Below, piece by piece: positions 39,713-48,965 of a stretch of DNA of 64,000 bases. Position 1 is the stretch's first letter, and every line of letters starts with the position of its first letter. The stretch is from Planctomycetota bacterium (lineage in GTDB: Bacteria; Planctomycetota; Planctomycetia; Pirellulales; Lacipirellulaceae). The stretch lies in contig JBCCXZ010000010.1 of assembly GCA_039190745.1 (NCBI GenBank), forward strand, positions 15,161 to 79,160, written 5' to 3'. The notes beneath the pieces were generated by a model. That model was not told the origin of the DNA and did no database searches. It was given only the letters and a program-made list of their open reading frames with translations. A program made the position numbers and the translations under genes.

Positions 39713-39917
39713 CGAGACTAGAACCGTCTGTCATCTGCCCTCGCGCGCCTAAAGAAACCGCTGAATTGCGGTTGAGCGCGAGTCGGCCAGCTCACATAAG
39801 AGATACTCGTCGCCCAAGCACAGCGGGCGGCAACGCTTACGCCCGAGCCGGTGCATCAGGCGAGCGGTAGAGATTGGGGTGAACACGCTAGCCGTCCACC
39901 GCGACACGCCGAAGGAC

Positions 39918-41435
39918 TCAAGGCTGCAGAGTTTGCTGGGTCGATAAGAAGAGTTCGTGCATCAGCCGATCGTCCCGACGCAAGTCGTCCCGCATCGCCG
40001 CGGTGAGGGTCCCCGCGGCTTCGCGCGCACGGTCTGCTTCGCCCAGGCCAGAGAAAGCGATCGACAGCCCTGCGTACGTAAAGGCGGCCAAGCCGCCTTG
40101 CGACTCATTCTCCAGGCACCAACGCCGCAGACGGTTCAGAGGTCGCAACGCCTTGCGGTACTCCTGCGAAACCTGCAGGTAGTAGCGCACCAGGCCTTGG
40201 TCGGCCAGCTGCAGGATGAACTCGTCGGCCTCCGGGAAGTGCCGCCTCACGGCGAGCCAAGCGTTCTCGCTGTTGGCGAGCTTGGCCTGGTAGACCTGCT
40301 GCCAGGGCGAGTCCCGCTTCTGCACTGGGCTAGCGGACGCACCGGAAAGGTACGGCTCGGGCCGTGTCGCGAGGCCGACCAAGCCGCCGACGACCAGCGC
40401 CCCCAGCCACAGCGCCCCCCGACGCCAGAACCGATGGGTGCCGACCGCCCGATCGGCAGCCGACTCTTCACGCATCAGCTGCCCCAACTCCTGCGTGTGC
40501 GTCGCAAGGGGCGTCGCCGCGGAAACCAGCTCGGGCAACGCCCAGTCGGCCGTGCCGTCGGCCCATCCTTCGCGTTCGCCCTCGGCGGCCAGACGGTGCA
40601 GGTCGGCCAGCAGTTGTTGGGCCGATTCGTACCGGGCCTCCGGCTTCTTGGCCATCATCCGGTGCACCAAGCGGGCGAGGGCCTCCGGCACGCCTGGCCG
40701 GGCGTTCTCCAGCGCCGCCGGCACGCTGTTGAGGTGTTGCACGGCGATCGACAGCGCGGTGTCGCCCGTGTGCGGAGGCGTGCCGGCGAGCAGGTGGTAC
40801 GCCGTGACGCCGAGGGAATAGATGTCGCTCCGCGCGTCCAGCTTGCCGCCCTCGACCTGCTCGGGGCTCATGTAGAGCGGCGTGCCCATCGTGACGCCCA
40901 CTTGGGTGAGCGTGCTGCTGTTGCCGTCGTAGGCCCGGGCCAGGCCAAAGTCCGCCACCTTCACCTCGCCGCTGCTGGAAAGCAGCAGGTTCTCCGGCTT
41001 GATGTCGCGGTGGATGATCGACCGCTCCGCCGCCTTGGCGAGCGCCCCCGCCGCCTGGCGGAGCACCTGCAGCACCAGCCGCGGCGGTAATGCGCCGTCC
41101 CGCTGCAGAACCTGCCCGAGGTTCCGCCCCGGGACGTACTCTTGGGCGATGAAATGCAGGCCGTCGTGGCAGCCGACCTCGTAGACCTGCACGATGTTGG
41201 CGTGCACCAGGGAAGCGGCCGAACGCGCTTCGTTGGTGAACCGCTGCACGTAGCTCGCGTCGCGCGCCAGGTCGGGCGGCAGCACCTTCACCGCGATCTG
41301 CCTGCCTAGCGAGACCTGCTCGGCCAAGTAAACATCGGCCATGCCGCCCGAGGCGATCCGCCGCAGCATGCGGTACTCGCCGACCGATTGGCCGACCAGA
41401 TCGGGACGCGGCGTCGTGGCGGAGCTCTCGGTCAT
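39918..41435 (-). CDS. Hanks-type Ser/Thr protein kinase with TM helix
   Basis: IASGGMADVY, AVKVL, HRDIKPEN, DFGLAR, GTPLYMSPEQ, SDIYSLG. Confidence 0.96.
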   Translation of the reverse strand: MTESSATTPRPDLVGQSVGEYRMLRRIASGGMADVYLAEQVSLGRQIAVKVLPPDLARDASYVQRFTNEARSAASLVHANIVQVYEVGCHDGLHFIAQEYVPGRNLGQVLQRDGALPPRLVLQVLRQAAGALAKAAERSIIHRDIKPENLLLSSSGEVKVADFGLARAYDGNSSTLTQVGVTMGTPLYMSPEQVEGGKLDARSDIYSLGVTAYHLLAGTPPHTGDTALSIAVQHLNSVPAALENARPGVPEALARLVHRMMAKKPEARYESAQQLLADLHRLAAEGEREGWADGTADWALPELVSAATPLATHTQELGQLMREESAADRAVGTHRFWRRGALWLGALVVGGLVGLATRPEPYLSGASASPVQKRDSPWQQVYQAKLANSENAWLAVRRHFPEADEFILQLADQGLVRYYLQVSQEYRKALRPLNRLRRWCLENESQGGLAAFTYAGLSIAFSGLGEADRAREAAGTLTAAMRDDLRRDDRLMHELFLSTQQTLQP

Positions 41436-41480
41436 ACGCCCTGCGTGGGGTGTCCGATCAGCAAACACTCGGCGGCTGCT

Positions 41481-42362
41481 CTACGCGCGGGCCGGGACCG
41501 TCACGCTGTTGAGCACCCGCTCGGTCGCCTGCGACTTGTTCAGCACATAAAAATGGATGCCCGGCACGCCGTGCGTGAGCAGCTCGTGCGTCTGCCGCGT
41601 GGCGAACTCGACGCCGATCTCGAACTGCGCCGCCGCGTCTTCGGCGTGCTCCTCCAGGCCGTCCTGGAACTCCGCGGGCAGCTTCGCCCCGCACAGCGCC
41701 GCGATCCGTTTGATCTGCGCAAGGTTGGTCACCGGCAGCAGCCCGGGCACGATCGGGGCGTCGATGCCCGCCGCCTCGCACCGCTCGCAGAAGTCGAAGT
41801 AGTCGCGGTTGTCGTAGAACAGCTGCGTGATGATCACGTCGGCGCCGGCGTCCATTTTCCGCTTGAGGTTCTCGATGTCGGCCTCGGGGCTGGGCGCCTC
41901 CTGGTGCGTCTCGGGGTACCCACCCACCGCGATGCCGCACTCGGGGAACCACTCGCGGACCGCTGCCACGAGTTCGTTGGCGTAAGCAAAACCGCCCTCG
42001 ACCGGCTTGAACGACTCTTCGCCCTGCGGCGGGTCGCCCCGGAGGGCCACCACGTTGTGCACGCCCAACGCCTGGGCCCGGTCGAGATACTCACGGATCT
42101 GATCGGGGGTCCGGCCGACGCACGTCAGGTGCGTCGCCACGGGCAGGCCGTACTTTTGACGGACCTGCCCGATAACCTCCAACGTCTTGTCCTGCGTCGA
42201 GCCGCCCGCGCCGTAGGTGCAGGTCATGAAGCTCGGCTCGAACGCCGACAGCTTGTCGGCGTGCTTGAACAGCGCCGTCATGCCCTCGGCGGTCTTCGGC
42301 GGGAACAACTCGAACGACAGCCCGAATTGCCCCGGCTGGAAGCAGTTTGCGATGGAATCCAA
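41481..42362 (-). CDS. metF: 5,10-methylenetetrahydrofolate reductase
   Basis: SFELFPPK, TYGAGGS, HLTC, ALRGDPP, ITQLFY, HFYVLN. Confidence 0.96.
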   Translation of the reverse strand: MDSIANCFQPGQFGLSFELFPPKTAEGMTALFKHADKLSAFEPSFMTCTYGAGGSTQDKTLEVIGQVRQKYGLPVATHLTCVGRTPDQIREYLDRAQALGVHNVVALRGDPPQGEESFKPVEGGFAYANELVAAVREWFPECGIAVGGYPETHQEAPSPEADIENLKRKMDAGADVIITQLFYDNRDYFDFCERCEAAGIDAPIVPGLLPVTNLAQIKRIAALCGAKLPAEFQDGLEEHAEDAAAQFEIGVEFATRQTHELLTHGVPGIHFYVLNKSQATERVLNSVTVPARA

Positions 42363-42817
42363 CGTTGTCTCCGGCCTTCTGAGTTGTGTGCTGCTGGTCT
42401 TGGGTGCGGCCTAAAACCTAGGTCTACTCTAGAATCTACTCGGTCGACAGGCAACGAAAGGCCCGCGGGGACGGTCCGACCGTCGGCAAGTGGAAAAACA
42501 AGTTTCCAGCAACCGCAGGCGGTTAACCACCCGCTCCCAAAATTCGATGTCCGTAATCGTAGAAAAGGGCGGCGAAAAACGAACAGTAGTGCGACAATCT
42601 GCGATTCCCTGTAGAATCCGCACACCCTGCGGAGACGGACGCTCTGAGCCCGTCTAGCGCTGGCGGGCCTGCCACGGGCAAGAAGGTTGTTTACCCGCTT
42701 GGTTGGCCTCCAAATCGATCCCCAGCCGCGCCTCGGCGCCGAGCCCCAAATGATTCCCTGCGAGTCCGCCATTCCGAGCGGTCCCTGCAGCCAAGCCCCG
42801 TCCAACGCGAGACCGTT

Positions 42818-45016
42818 ATGAGCCAGACCGAACTGCCCGCCACAGCCGTGACCCGGGAAAACTGGGCCGAGATCACCCCCCAGGCGATCTACGAGAAGCT
42901 CGACGCGGTGGCACGCAACCTCTGGTGGAGCTGGCACCCCGAGGTGATCAACCTGTTCCGCGACCTCGACCCGGTCCGTTGGCGGCAGCTCGACCACAAC
43001 CCGATCGCTCTGCTAAAGGAGATGACCCCTGAGCAGGTCGCCCAGCGCGCCTCGGAGATGGTGCTCTACACCCGCATCAACCAAGCCCACCGCCGACTGA
43101 AAAGCTACCTGCGGGACAACCGCACCACCTGGGGCGCCCGCAAGGCCGGCGTCCTGGGCGCCAAGCCGGTGGCGTACTTCTCCGCCGAGTTCGGCATCCA
43201 CGAGTCGGTGCCCATTTACTCCGGCGGCCTCGGCGTGCTCTCCGGCGACCACATCAAAAGCGCCAGCGGCCTCGGCGTGCCGCTGGTGGCAATCGGGCTG
43301 TTCTACGACCAGGGCTACTTCAAGCAGCTGCTCAACGGAGAGGGATACCAGGAAGAGCAGTACCTCGACACCAAAGTCGAGCTGCTCCCGATGGAACCCG
43401 CGCTTTGCGAGTCGGGCAACCCGATCACGGTTGAGGTCAACACGACCGAAGGCTCGCTGCTGGCCAAGGTCTGGCTCATGCGGGTCGGCCGCGTCAGCCT
43501 CTACCTGCTCGACTGCGACGTCGAAGGCAACAGCCCCGAAGACCGCGAGCTCACCTCCCGCCTCTACGGCGGCGACACACGCACCCGCATCCGCCAAGAG
43601 CTGGTGCTCGGCGTCGGCGGCGTCAAGGCGCTCCGCGCCCTCGGCATCACCCCCGGCGTGTACCACCTGAACGAAGGCCACAGCGCCTTCGCCCCGCTGG
43701 AAGTCATCCGCGAGCGGATGGAGGACGACGGCCTGTCTTTCGACGAGGCCCTCCGCGAGGTCGCCCACTGCACGGTGTTCACCACCCACACGCCCGTGCC
43801 CGCCGGCCACGACCGCTTCGACGCGGCGCTGGTCGAGGAGCACCTCGGCCCGCTGCGGAACCAACTCGGCATCTCCAACGAACAACTCATGGGCCTCGGC
43901 CGCGTCGAGCCGCAGAACGAGCAAGAAACCTTCTGCATGACCGTCATCGGCCTGAAACTCTCCCGCAGAGCCAACGCCGTCAGTTCGCTGCACGGCCACG
44001 TCTCACGCCGGATGTGGGCCCACCTCTGGCCGTGGCGCGTTGAGGAAGAAGTGCCCATCGGCCACATCACCAACGGCGTGCACATCCCTAGCTGGCTCGC
44101 CTACCCGATGCAGCTGTTGTACGACAAGTACCTCGGCGCGGGCTGGCAGAACCGCATGGGCGACCCCGAGGTGTTCCAGTGCATCTACAACGTCGAGCGG
44201 GGCGAGCTCTGGGAGACGCACAACGCGCTGAAGAGCCGGCTGCTGGACTTCGTCCGCCGCCGCGTGAGCCGTCAGTGCCGCCGCCGCAACGAGGACGAGG
44301 CCAGCATCGAGGCGGCCCGCAACGTGCTCGACCCCAGCGCGCTCACCATCGGCTTCGCCCGCCGCTTCGCCACCTACAAGCGGGCCGACCTCTTCCTGGC
44401 CGACCTCGACCGGATCGCCGACCTGCTGAACGACCCCAACCGCCCCGTGCAGTTGATCTTCGCCGGCAAGGCCCACCCGGCCGACCAGCCCGGCAAGCAG
44501 CTCATCCAGCGGATCGCCAACCTGCGGAACGACGCCCGCTTCGCCGGCCGCGTGGTCTTCATCGAAGACTACGACATCAACGTCACCCGCCACATGATCC
44601 AGGGCGTCGACGTCTGGCTCAACAACCCCCGCCGTCCGCTCGAGGCCTCCGGCACGAGCGGGCAGAAGGTCGTCCTCAACGGCGGGCTCAACTGCTCGAT
44701 CCTCGACGGCTGGTGGGCAGAGGCCTACGACGGCCGCAACGGGTTCGCCATCGGCAAGGGAACCCACCACGCCGACACCGAGATCGACGACCAGCGCGAC
44801 GGACTCGACCTCTACCGCGTGCTCGAAGAAGAAGTCGTCCCCCTGTTCTACAACCGCGACGCGGACGGCCTGCCCCAGCAGTGGATCGAGCACATGATGG
44901 ACTCGATCGCCACGCTCGCCGCACGCTTCAGCGCCCACCGCATGGTGATGGACTACGTCGAGAAGAGCTACCTCGTCGCCGCCGGCGGAGTCAGCTCCGA
45001 CATGAGCGAGCGGTAG
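42818..45016 (+). CDS. glgP: Alpha-glucan phosphorylase
   Basis: YSGGLGVLSGD, HLNEGH, FARRFATYKR, EASGTSGQK PLP motif. Confidence 0.96.
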   Translation: MSQTELPATAVTRENWAEITPQAIYEKLDAVARNLWWSWHPEVINLFRDLDPVRWRQLDHNPIALLKEMTPEQVAQRASEMVLYTRINQAHRRLKSYLRDNRTTWGARKAGVLGAKPVAYFSAEFGIHESVPIYSGGLGVLSGDHIKSASGLGVPLVAIGLFYDQGYFKQLLNGEGYQEEQYLDTKVELLPMEPALCESGNPITVEVNTTEGSLLAKVWLMRVGRVSLYLLDCDVEGNSPEDRELTSRLYGGDTRTRIRQELVLGVGGVKALRALGITPGVYHLNEGHSAFAPLEVIRERMEDDGLSFDEALREVAHCTVFTTHTPVPAGHDRFDAALVEEHLGPLRNQLGISNEQLMGLGRVEPQNEQETFCMTVIGLKLSRRANAVSSLHGHVSRRMWAHLWPWRVEEEVPIGHITNGVHIPSWLAYPMQLLYDKYLGAGWQNRMGDPEVFQCIYNVERGELWETHNALKSRLLDFVRRRVSRQCRRRNEDEASIEAARNVLDPSALTIGFARRFATYKRADLFLADLDRIADLLNDPNRPVQLIFAGKAHPADQPGKQLIQRIANLRNDARFAGRVVFIEDYDINVTRHMIQGVDVWLNNPRRPLEASGTSGQKVVLNGGLNCSILDGWWAEAYDGRNGFAIGKGTHHADTEIDDQRDGLDLYRVLEEEVVPLFYNRDADGLPQQWIEHMMDSIATLAARFSAHRMVMDYVEKSYLVAAGGVSSDMSER

Positions 45017-45167
45017 TACCGGGCGTGAAAGTGCCCAAACTGCGCCGGCTACGGCGGCAACGACCGCAAGGCAGCGGCAAGGCGACGCTGCCAGTTGGCT
45101 GCTGCGCCGCCGCTAGGGTACACTGAGTAGCACCGACGCCCTCCCTGTCACCCCCCTGGTGCTTCTC

Positions 45168-46268
45168 ATGGTAGGCGCAAAAATCGCTGCCCCCGACGAC
45201 GCGGCCCTCACCGTGTTGTGCGAACGGCTGGCCGAGCTGGCCGTCGACCTCGACCAATCCGGCGACTGGCCCGCCGAGCAGCTCCGCCTCTGCGGCGAGC
45301 ACGGCGTCTTCGAGTGGTTCCTGCCAGAAGAGTGGGGCGGGTTGGCCTGGGACGCCGAGGCCATCACCCGCGGCTACCTCGCCTTGAGCGGGGCCTGCCT
45401 CACCACAACGTTCATCATCACGCAACGCACCGGCGCCTGCCGGCGGATCGCGGCCTCGGCTAACCGACCGCTCCAAGAAAAGCTCCTGCCGGGGCTCGTC
45501 AGCGGCGACACCTTCGCCACGGTCGGCATCTCACACCTAACCACCAGCCGGCGGCACCTCGCCCGGCCGGTGCTGCGGGCCGAACGCCGCCCCGGCGGGT
45601 TCGTCCTCTCCGGGTTCTCGCCCTGGGTCACCGGCGCCGCCCACGCCGGCCACGTCGTCGTGGGGGCCTCGCTGATGCACGACAACGCTGCCACCGGCGA
45701 GGAACTCCTTGTCGCGGCCCCGGCCGACCTGCCGGGCGTCACGGTCCCCGAGCCCGCCAAGCTCACGGCCCTTTCTTCGAGCCACACCGGCGAGGCCCGT
45801 TTTGATCAGGTGTTTGTCGAAGATGAGTGGCTCGTCGACGGACCGAAAGAAAACGTCATGGGCGGCGGAACCGGTGCCTCGACCGGAGGGCTGCAAACCT
45901 CCACCCTCGCCCTGGGGCTGTCGCGCAAGGCTGTCGAGTACCTGGAAGACGAGGCCTCTCGCCGCGTCGACCTCGACGAACCCGCCGGCGCACTCCGGCA
46001 GGATTACGAAGACCTGCAGGCCCGCCTGCTCACCGCACTAGGAGGCGGAGAGGACAGCGAATCGAAAGACGACATCCGCACCGACGCCAATAGCTTGGCC
46101 CTCCGCGCTACCCAAGCCGCACTCGCCGCGGCCAAGGGCAGCGGCTACGTGCTCGGCCACCCCGCCGGACGCTGGTGCCGCGAGGCGTTGTTCTTCCTCG
46201 TGTGGAGCTGCCCCCAACCGGTGATCCAGGCCAACCTCTGCGAGCTCTCGGGCGTCGGGTCGGTTTAG
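45168..46268 (+). CDS. Acyl-CoA dehydrogenase family flavoprotein
   Basis: [28 protein letters not shown]...RWCREA. Confidence 0.85.
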   Translation: MVGAKIAAPDDAALTVLCERLAELAVDLDQSGDWPAEQLRLCGEHGVFEWFLPEEWGGLAWDAEAITRGYLALSGACLTTTFIITQRTGACRRIAASANRPLQEKLLPGLVSGDTFATVGISHLTTSRRHLARPVLRAERRPGGFVLSGFSPWVTGAAHAGHVVVGASLMHDNAATGEELLVAAPADLPGVTVPEPAKLTALSSSHTGEARFDQVFVEDEWLVDGPKENVMGGGTGASTGGLQTSTLALGLSRKAVEYLEDEASRRVDLDEPAGALRQDYEDLQARLLTALGGGEDSESKDDIRTDANSLALRATQAALAAAKGSGYVLGHPAGRWCREALFFLVWSCPQPVIQANLCELSGVGSV

Positions 46269-46273
46269 TCGAT

Positions 46274-46537
46274 TGAGGTTGAGGAAAGGCGGGGGTGAAG
46301 CCGGTGATAGGGGGATGGCCTTCCAGCGGAGCGGGCCACAACGGGCGTTGCTAACTCGCTGCTTAAAGGGGAAAAAGAAGGGAAGAGGCGTCTCGAGCGC
46401 ACTCCCATCTCCCGTTTCCTGCCCCCTCGCTTACGCTCGGGGCTCCGTCCCAATTGAGATTCACTGCCCCCTATCCCCCGTCTCCTTCTTCTTTCATCCC
46501 CCCTCCATCACCAACATCCCCCTAATCCCCTTCCCTG
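46274..46537. repeat. Purine-tract/pyrimidine-tract degenerate inverted repeat region with a REP-like half site
   Basis: GGGGGTGAAGCCGGTGATAGGGGGATG ... CATCCCCCTCCATCACCAACATCCCCC; internal CCCCTCGCTTACGCTCGGGG hairpin. Confidence 0.45.
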
Positions 46538-46554
46538 TAATCGAGCCCCCACAA

Positions 46555-47220
46555 ATGCCCGATCCCGAACAACCCATCGTCGTCTGGCACGAACAGTCGG
46601 TCTCGCGTGAAGAGCGGGCCGAGCTGAACGGCCATCGCGGCTGCGTGGTGTGGTTCACCGGGCTCTCCGGCTGCGGCAAGAGCACCGTGGCCAACGCCCT
46701 GGCCCGCCTGCTGCACGACCGGGGCGTCCGGGCCTACGTGCTCGACGGAGACAACGTCCGCCACGGCCTGAACTCCACCCCCCAGCTGCTCGCCGAGCGT
46801 TACGGCCAGGAGTTCGCAAAACGCTTCGGGCTCGGCTTTTCGCAGCAAGACCGCGAAGAGAACATCCGCCGCGTCGGCGCCGTCGCCGGCCTGCTGGCCG
46901 ACGCGGGGGTCGTCACGCTCACCGCCTTCGTCAGCCCCTACCGCTCCGATCGCGACGCGGTCCGGGCCGCTCTCCCCGAGGGCGACTTCTTCGAAGTGTT
47001 CGTCGACGCGCCCATCGAGGTGTGCGAGTCGCGCGACCCCAAAGGCCTGTACAAGAAGGCCCGCGCGGGGGAGATCAAAAACTTCACGGGCATCGACGCA
47101 CCCTACGAACCGCCCGCGAGCCCCGAGCTCGTCCTCGACGCTGCGGCACACCAACCCGACGTGCTGGCAGAACAGGTCGCCGGTCTGCTAGCGGAGCGGG
47201 CGGTGCTGCGGACGCGCTAG
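46555..47220 (+). CDS. cysC: Adenylyl-sulfate kinase
   Basis: [45 protein letters not shown]. Confidence 0.96.
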   Translation: MPDPEQPIVVWHEQSVSREERAELNGHRGCVVWFTGLSGCGKSTVANALARLLHDRGVRAYVLDGDNVRHGLNSTPQLLAERYGQEFAKRFGLGFSQQDREENIRRVGAVAGLLADAGVVTLTAFVSPYRSDRDAVRAALPEGDFFEVFVDAPIEVCESRDPKGLYKKARAGEIKNFTGIDAPYEPPASPELVLDAAAHQPDVLAEQVAGLLAERAVLRTR

Positions 47221-47423
47221 GCGTTTGGCGAGCCGCTTCCCGCCGGACGCCTTTTCTATGATTGACGCGCGCTCGTCGATGCGGCTAGATTCGGTGACAC
47301 GAGCGGTGACGACGGGCGGCTCTTCCGCCCGCGTGGTGGCAGCCAACGCTCGGAAAGGACACAGTCCACACACTCACGCCACGCTCAGACCGAAGCGAGA
47401 CGCGACTCAAGGAGGGTCCACTC

Positions 47424-47693
47424 GTGCCCCACGCCGTGCAAGACATGCTCCCGCCTACCCCGCCCGCGCGCACCCAGCCCGTGGAAGAACCGCGCCTCGT
47501 CCGAGAGATCCGAGGCCGTATCCAGCAACGCCTGCCGGGACGGGTCCACTTTCTCTCTGTGGAACTCTCCGACGAGGGCATCGTCCTCTCTGGCGAGTGC
47601 TGCACCTTCTACTCCAAGCAGATGGCCCAGCACGTCGCGATGGGCGTCGTGGAGTACGAGCGGCTGATCAACAACATCACGGTGCGGCACTAG
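47424..47693 (+). CDS. Single BON-domain protein
   Basis: IVLSGECCTFYSKQMAQH...LINNITV; GGAGG RBS; TTGACG-N18-TAGATT at 47262-47291. Confidence 0.8.
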   Translation: MPHAVQDMLPPTPPARTQPVEEPRLVREIRGRIQQRLPGRVHFLSVELSDEGIVLSGECCTFYSKQMAQHVAMGVVEYERLINNITVRH

Positions 47694-48768
47694 CCCCAGG
47701 CTCGTCCACGGCGAGAGCACGCTCGGCCGCCCCGTCGATCGCGGCCGCCAGCGACTCCTCACCCGCGAGCACCTCCAGCCGCACCTCGACGGCCCACACC
47801 GGCATGCCCTCGATGTCCGCCGCGGCGATCTTCACCAGGTCTTTCCGCGTGCAGACCAACGCCCCGGCGCCCGCCTCGCTCGCCCCGCGAGCCAACCCCA
47901 GCACCTCCTCGGCGGTGTAGCTGTGGTGGTCGGGGAACTCCCGCCAATCGGCGATTTCCAGCGGCAGCCCGTCGAGCGTGTACCGGAAGCCCGCCGGGTT
48001 GCCGATCCCGCAGAACGCCGCGACCCTCTTCCCAGCAAGCTCTTCGAACCCGCGTCGCTCGCCGTCGGCGTTCACCAAGCACGCGGGCCGGTGGGCCGCT
48101 TCGCACCACGCTGCGCGGGGCGCGAGTCCCGCAACGCGCTGCCGGACTTGCGAGCGTCCTTCCTCTTCAAGCATCTCTGCGCGGCTCAGCACCACGACAT
48201 CCGCGCGACGCAAGCCAGAGGCCGGTTCGCGGAGCGTCCCCCGGGGGAACACGCGCCCGAAGCCAAACGGCTCGGTCGCGTCCAGCAGCACGATGTCCAG
48301 GTCGCGCCCCAGCCGCCGGTGCTGGAAGCCGTCGTCCATCACCACCAACTGCGTGGCCAACTCCTCGATCGCCACAGTGGCCGCCGCCACGCGGTCGGGG
48401 TTCTGCACGTGCGGCACGTCCGGCAGCGCGAGTTCCAGCTCGAGCGCCTCGTCGTTGTGGCCCTGGTCGTCCGCCCCGTAGCCGCGGCTGACCAGCGAGA
48501 CGCGCACGCCCCGCCCGCGCAGCCGGCGGGCGATCCACTCCACCATCGGCGTCTTGCCCGTGCCGCCGAGCGTCAGGTTGCCGACGCTGATCACCGGCAC
48601 ATCGACGCAAACCGTTTCCCGCTTGCCCAGTTCGTAGCCCCGGTTCCGCCAGCGGACGGCCAGGGCGTACGGCACCTCGGCGGCCGCAAACGCCGTGCGG
48701 GCCGCCCACGCCCCGAAGCCGCGTTTGCGGCCGCTGACCAGCTCCCGAAAGTCCGTCCCGTTAATCAC
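47677..48768 (-). CDS. lpxK: Tetraacyldisaccharide 4'-kinase
   Basis: SVGNLTLGGTGKTP, SRGYG, DDGFQH, FPDHHSY, TRKDLVK; GTG 48768 preferred. Confidence 0.94.
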   Translation of the reverse strand: MINGTDFRELVSGRKRGFGAWAARTAFAAAEVPYALAVRWRNRGYELGKRETVCVDVPVISVGNLTLGGTGKTPMVEWIARRLRGRGVRVSLVSRGYGADDQGHNDEALELELALPDVPHVQNPDRVAAATVAIEELATQLVVMDDGFQHRRLGRDLDIVLLDATEPFGFGRVFPRGTLREPASGLRRADVVVLSRAEMLEEEGRSQVRQRVAGLAPRAAWCEAAHRPACLVNADGERRGFEELAGKRVAAFCGIGNPAGFRYTLDGLPLEIADWREFPDHHSYTAEEVLGLARGASEAGAGALVCTRKDLVKIAAADIEGMPVWAVEVRLEVLAGEESLAAAIDGAAERALAVDEPGASAAP

Positions 48769-48965
48769 TCGGCCGCCCGCATGGTTGCTTTTCTGAAAGT
48801 TCTGCAGGGAGTATCGCCCCGCCCTACGCGGGCTCGCCAGCCCAACTAACGCGTCTTTCCCCGCCTCTCTTCTCCCTCTACCGCACGCTCGATTGCTCGC
48901 AAGCTCTCGCCTCTGGTTAAGAAGCCCTATAATAGAGGGCCGACCGCTAACCCCGCCGAGCCCGC

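Noticed and set aside
42363..42817. SAM/SAH or c-di-GMP riboswitch between metF and glgP
   Set aside because: No consensus elements recognised by eye; an Rfam covariance search would be needed to exclude it.
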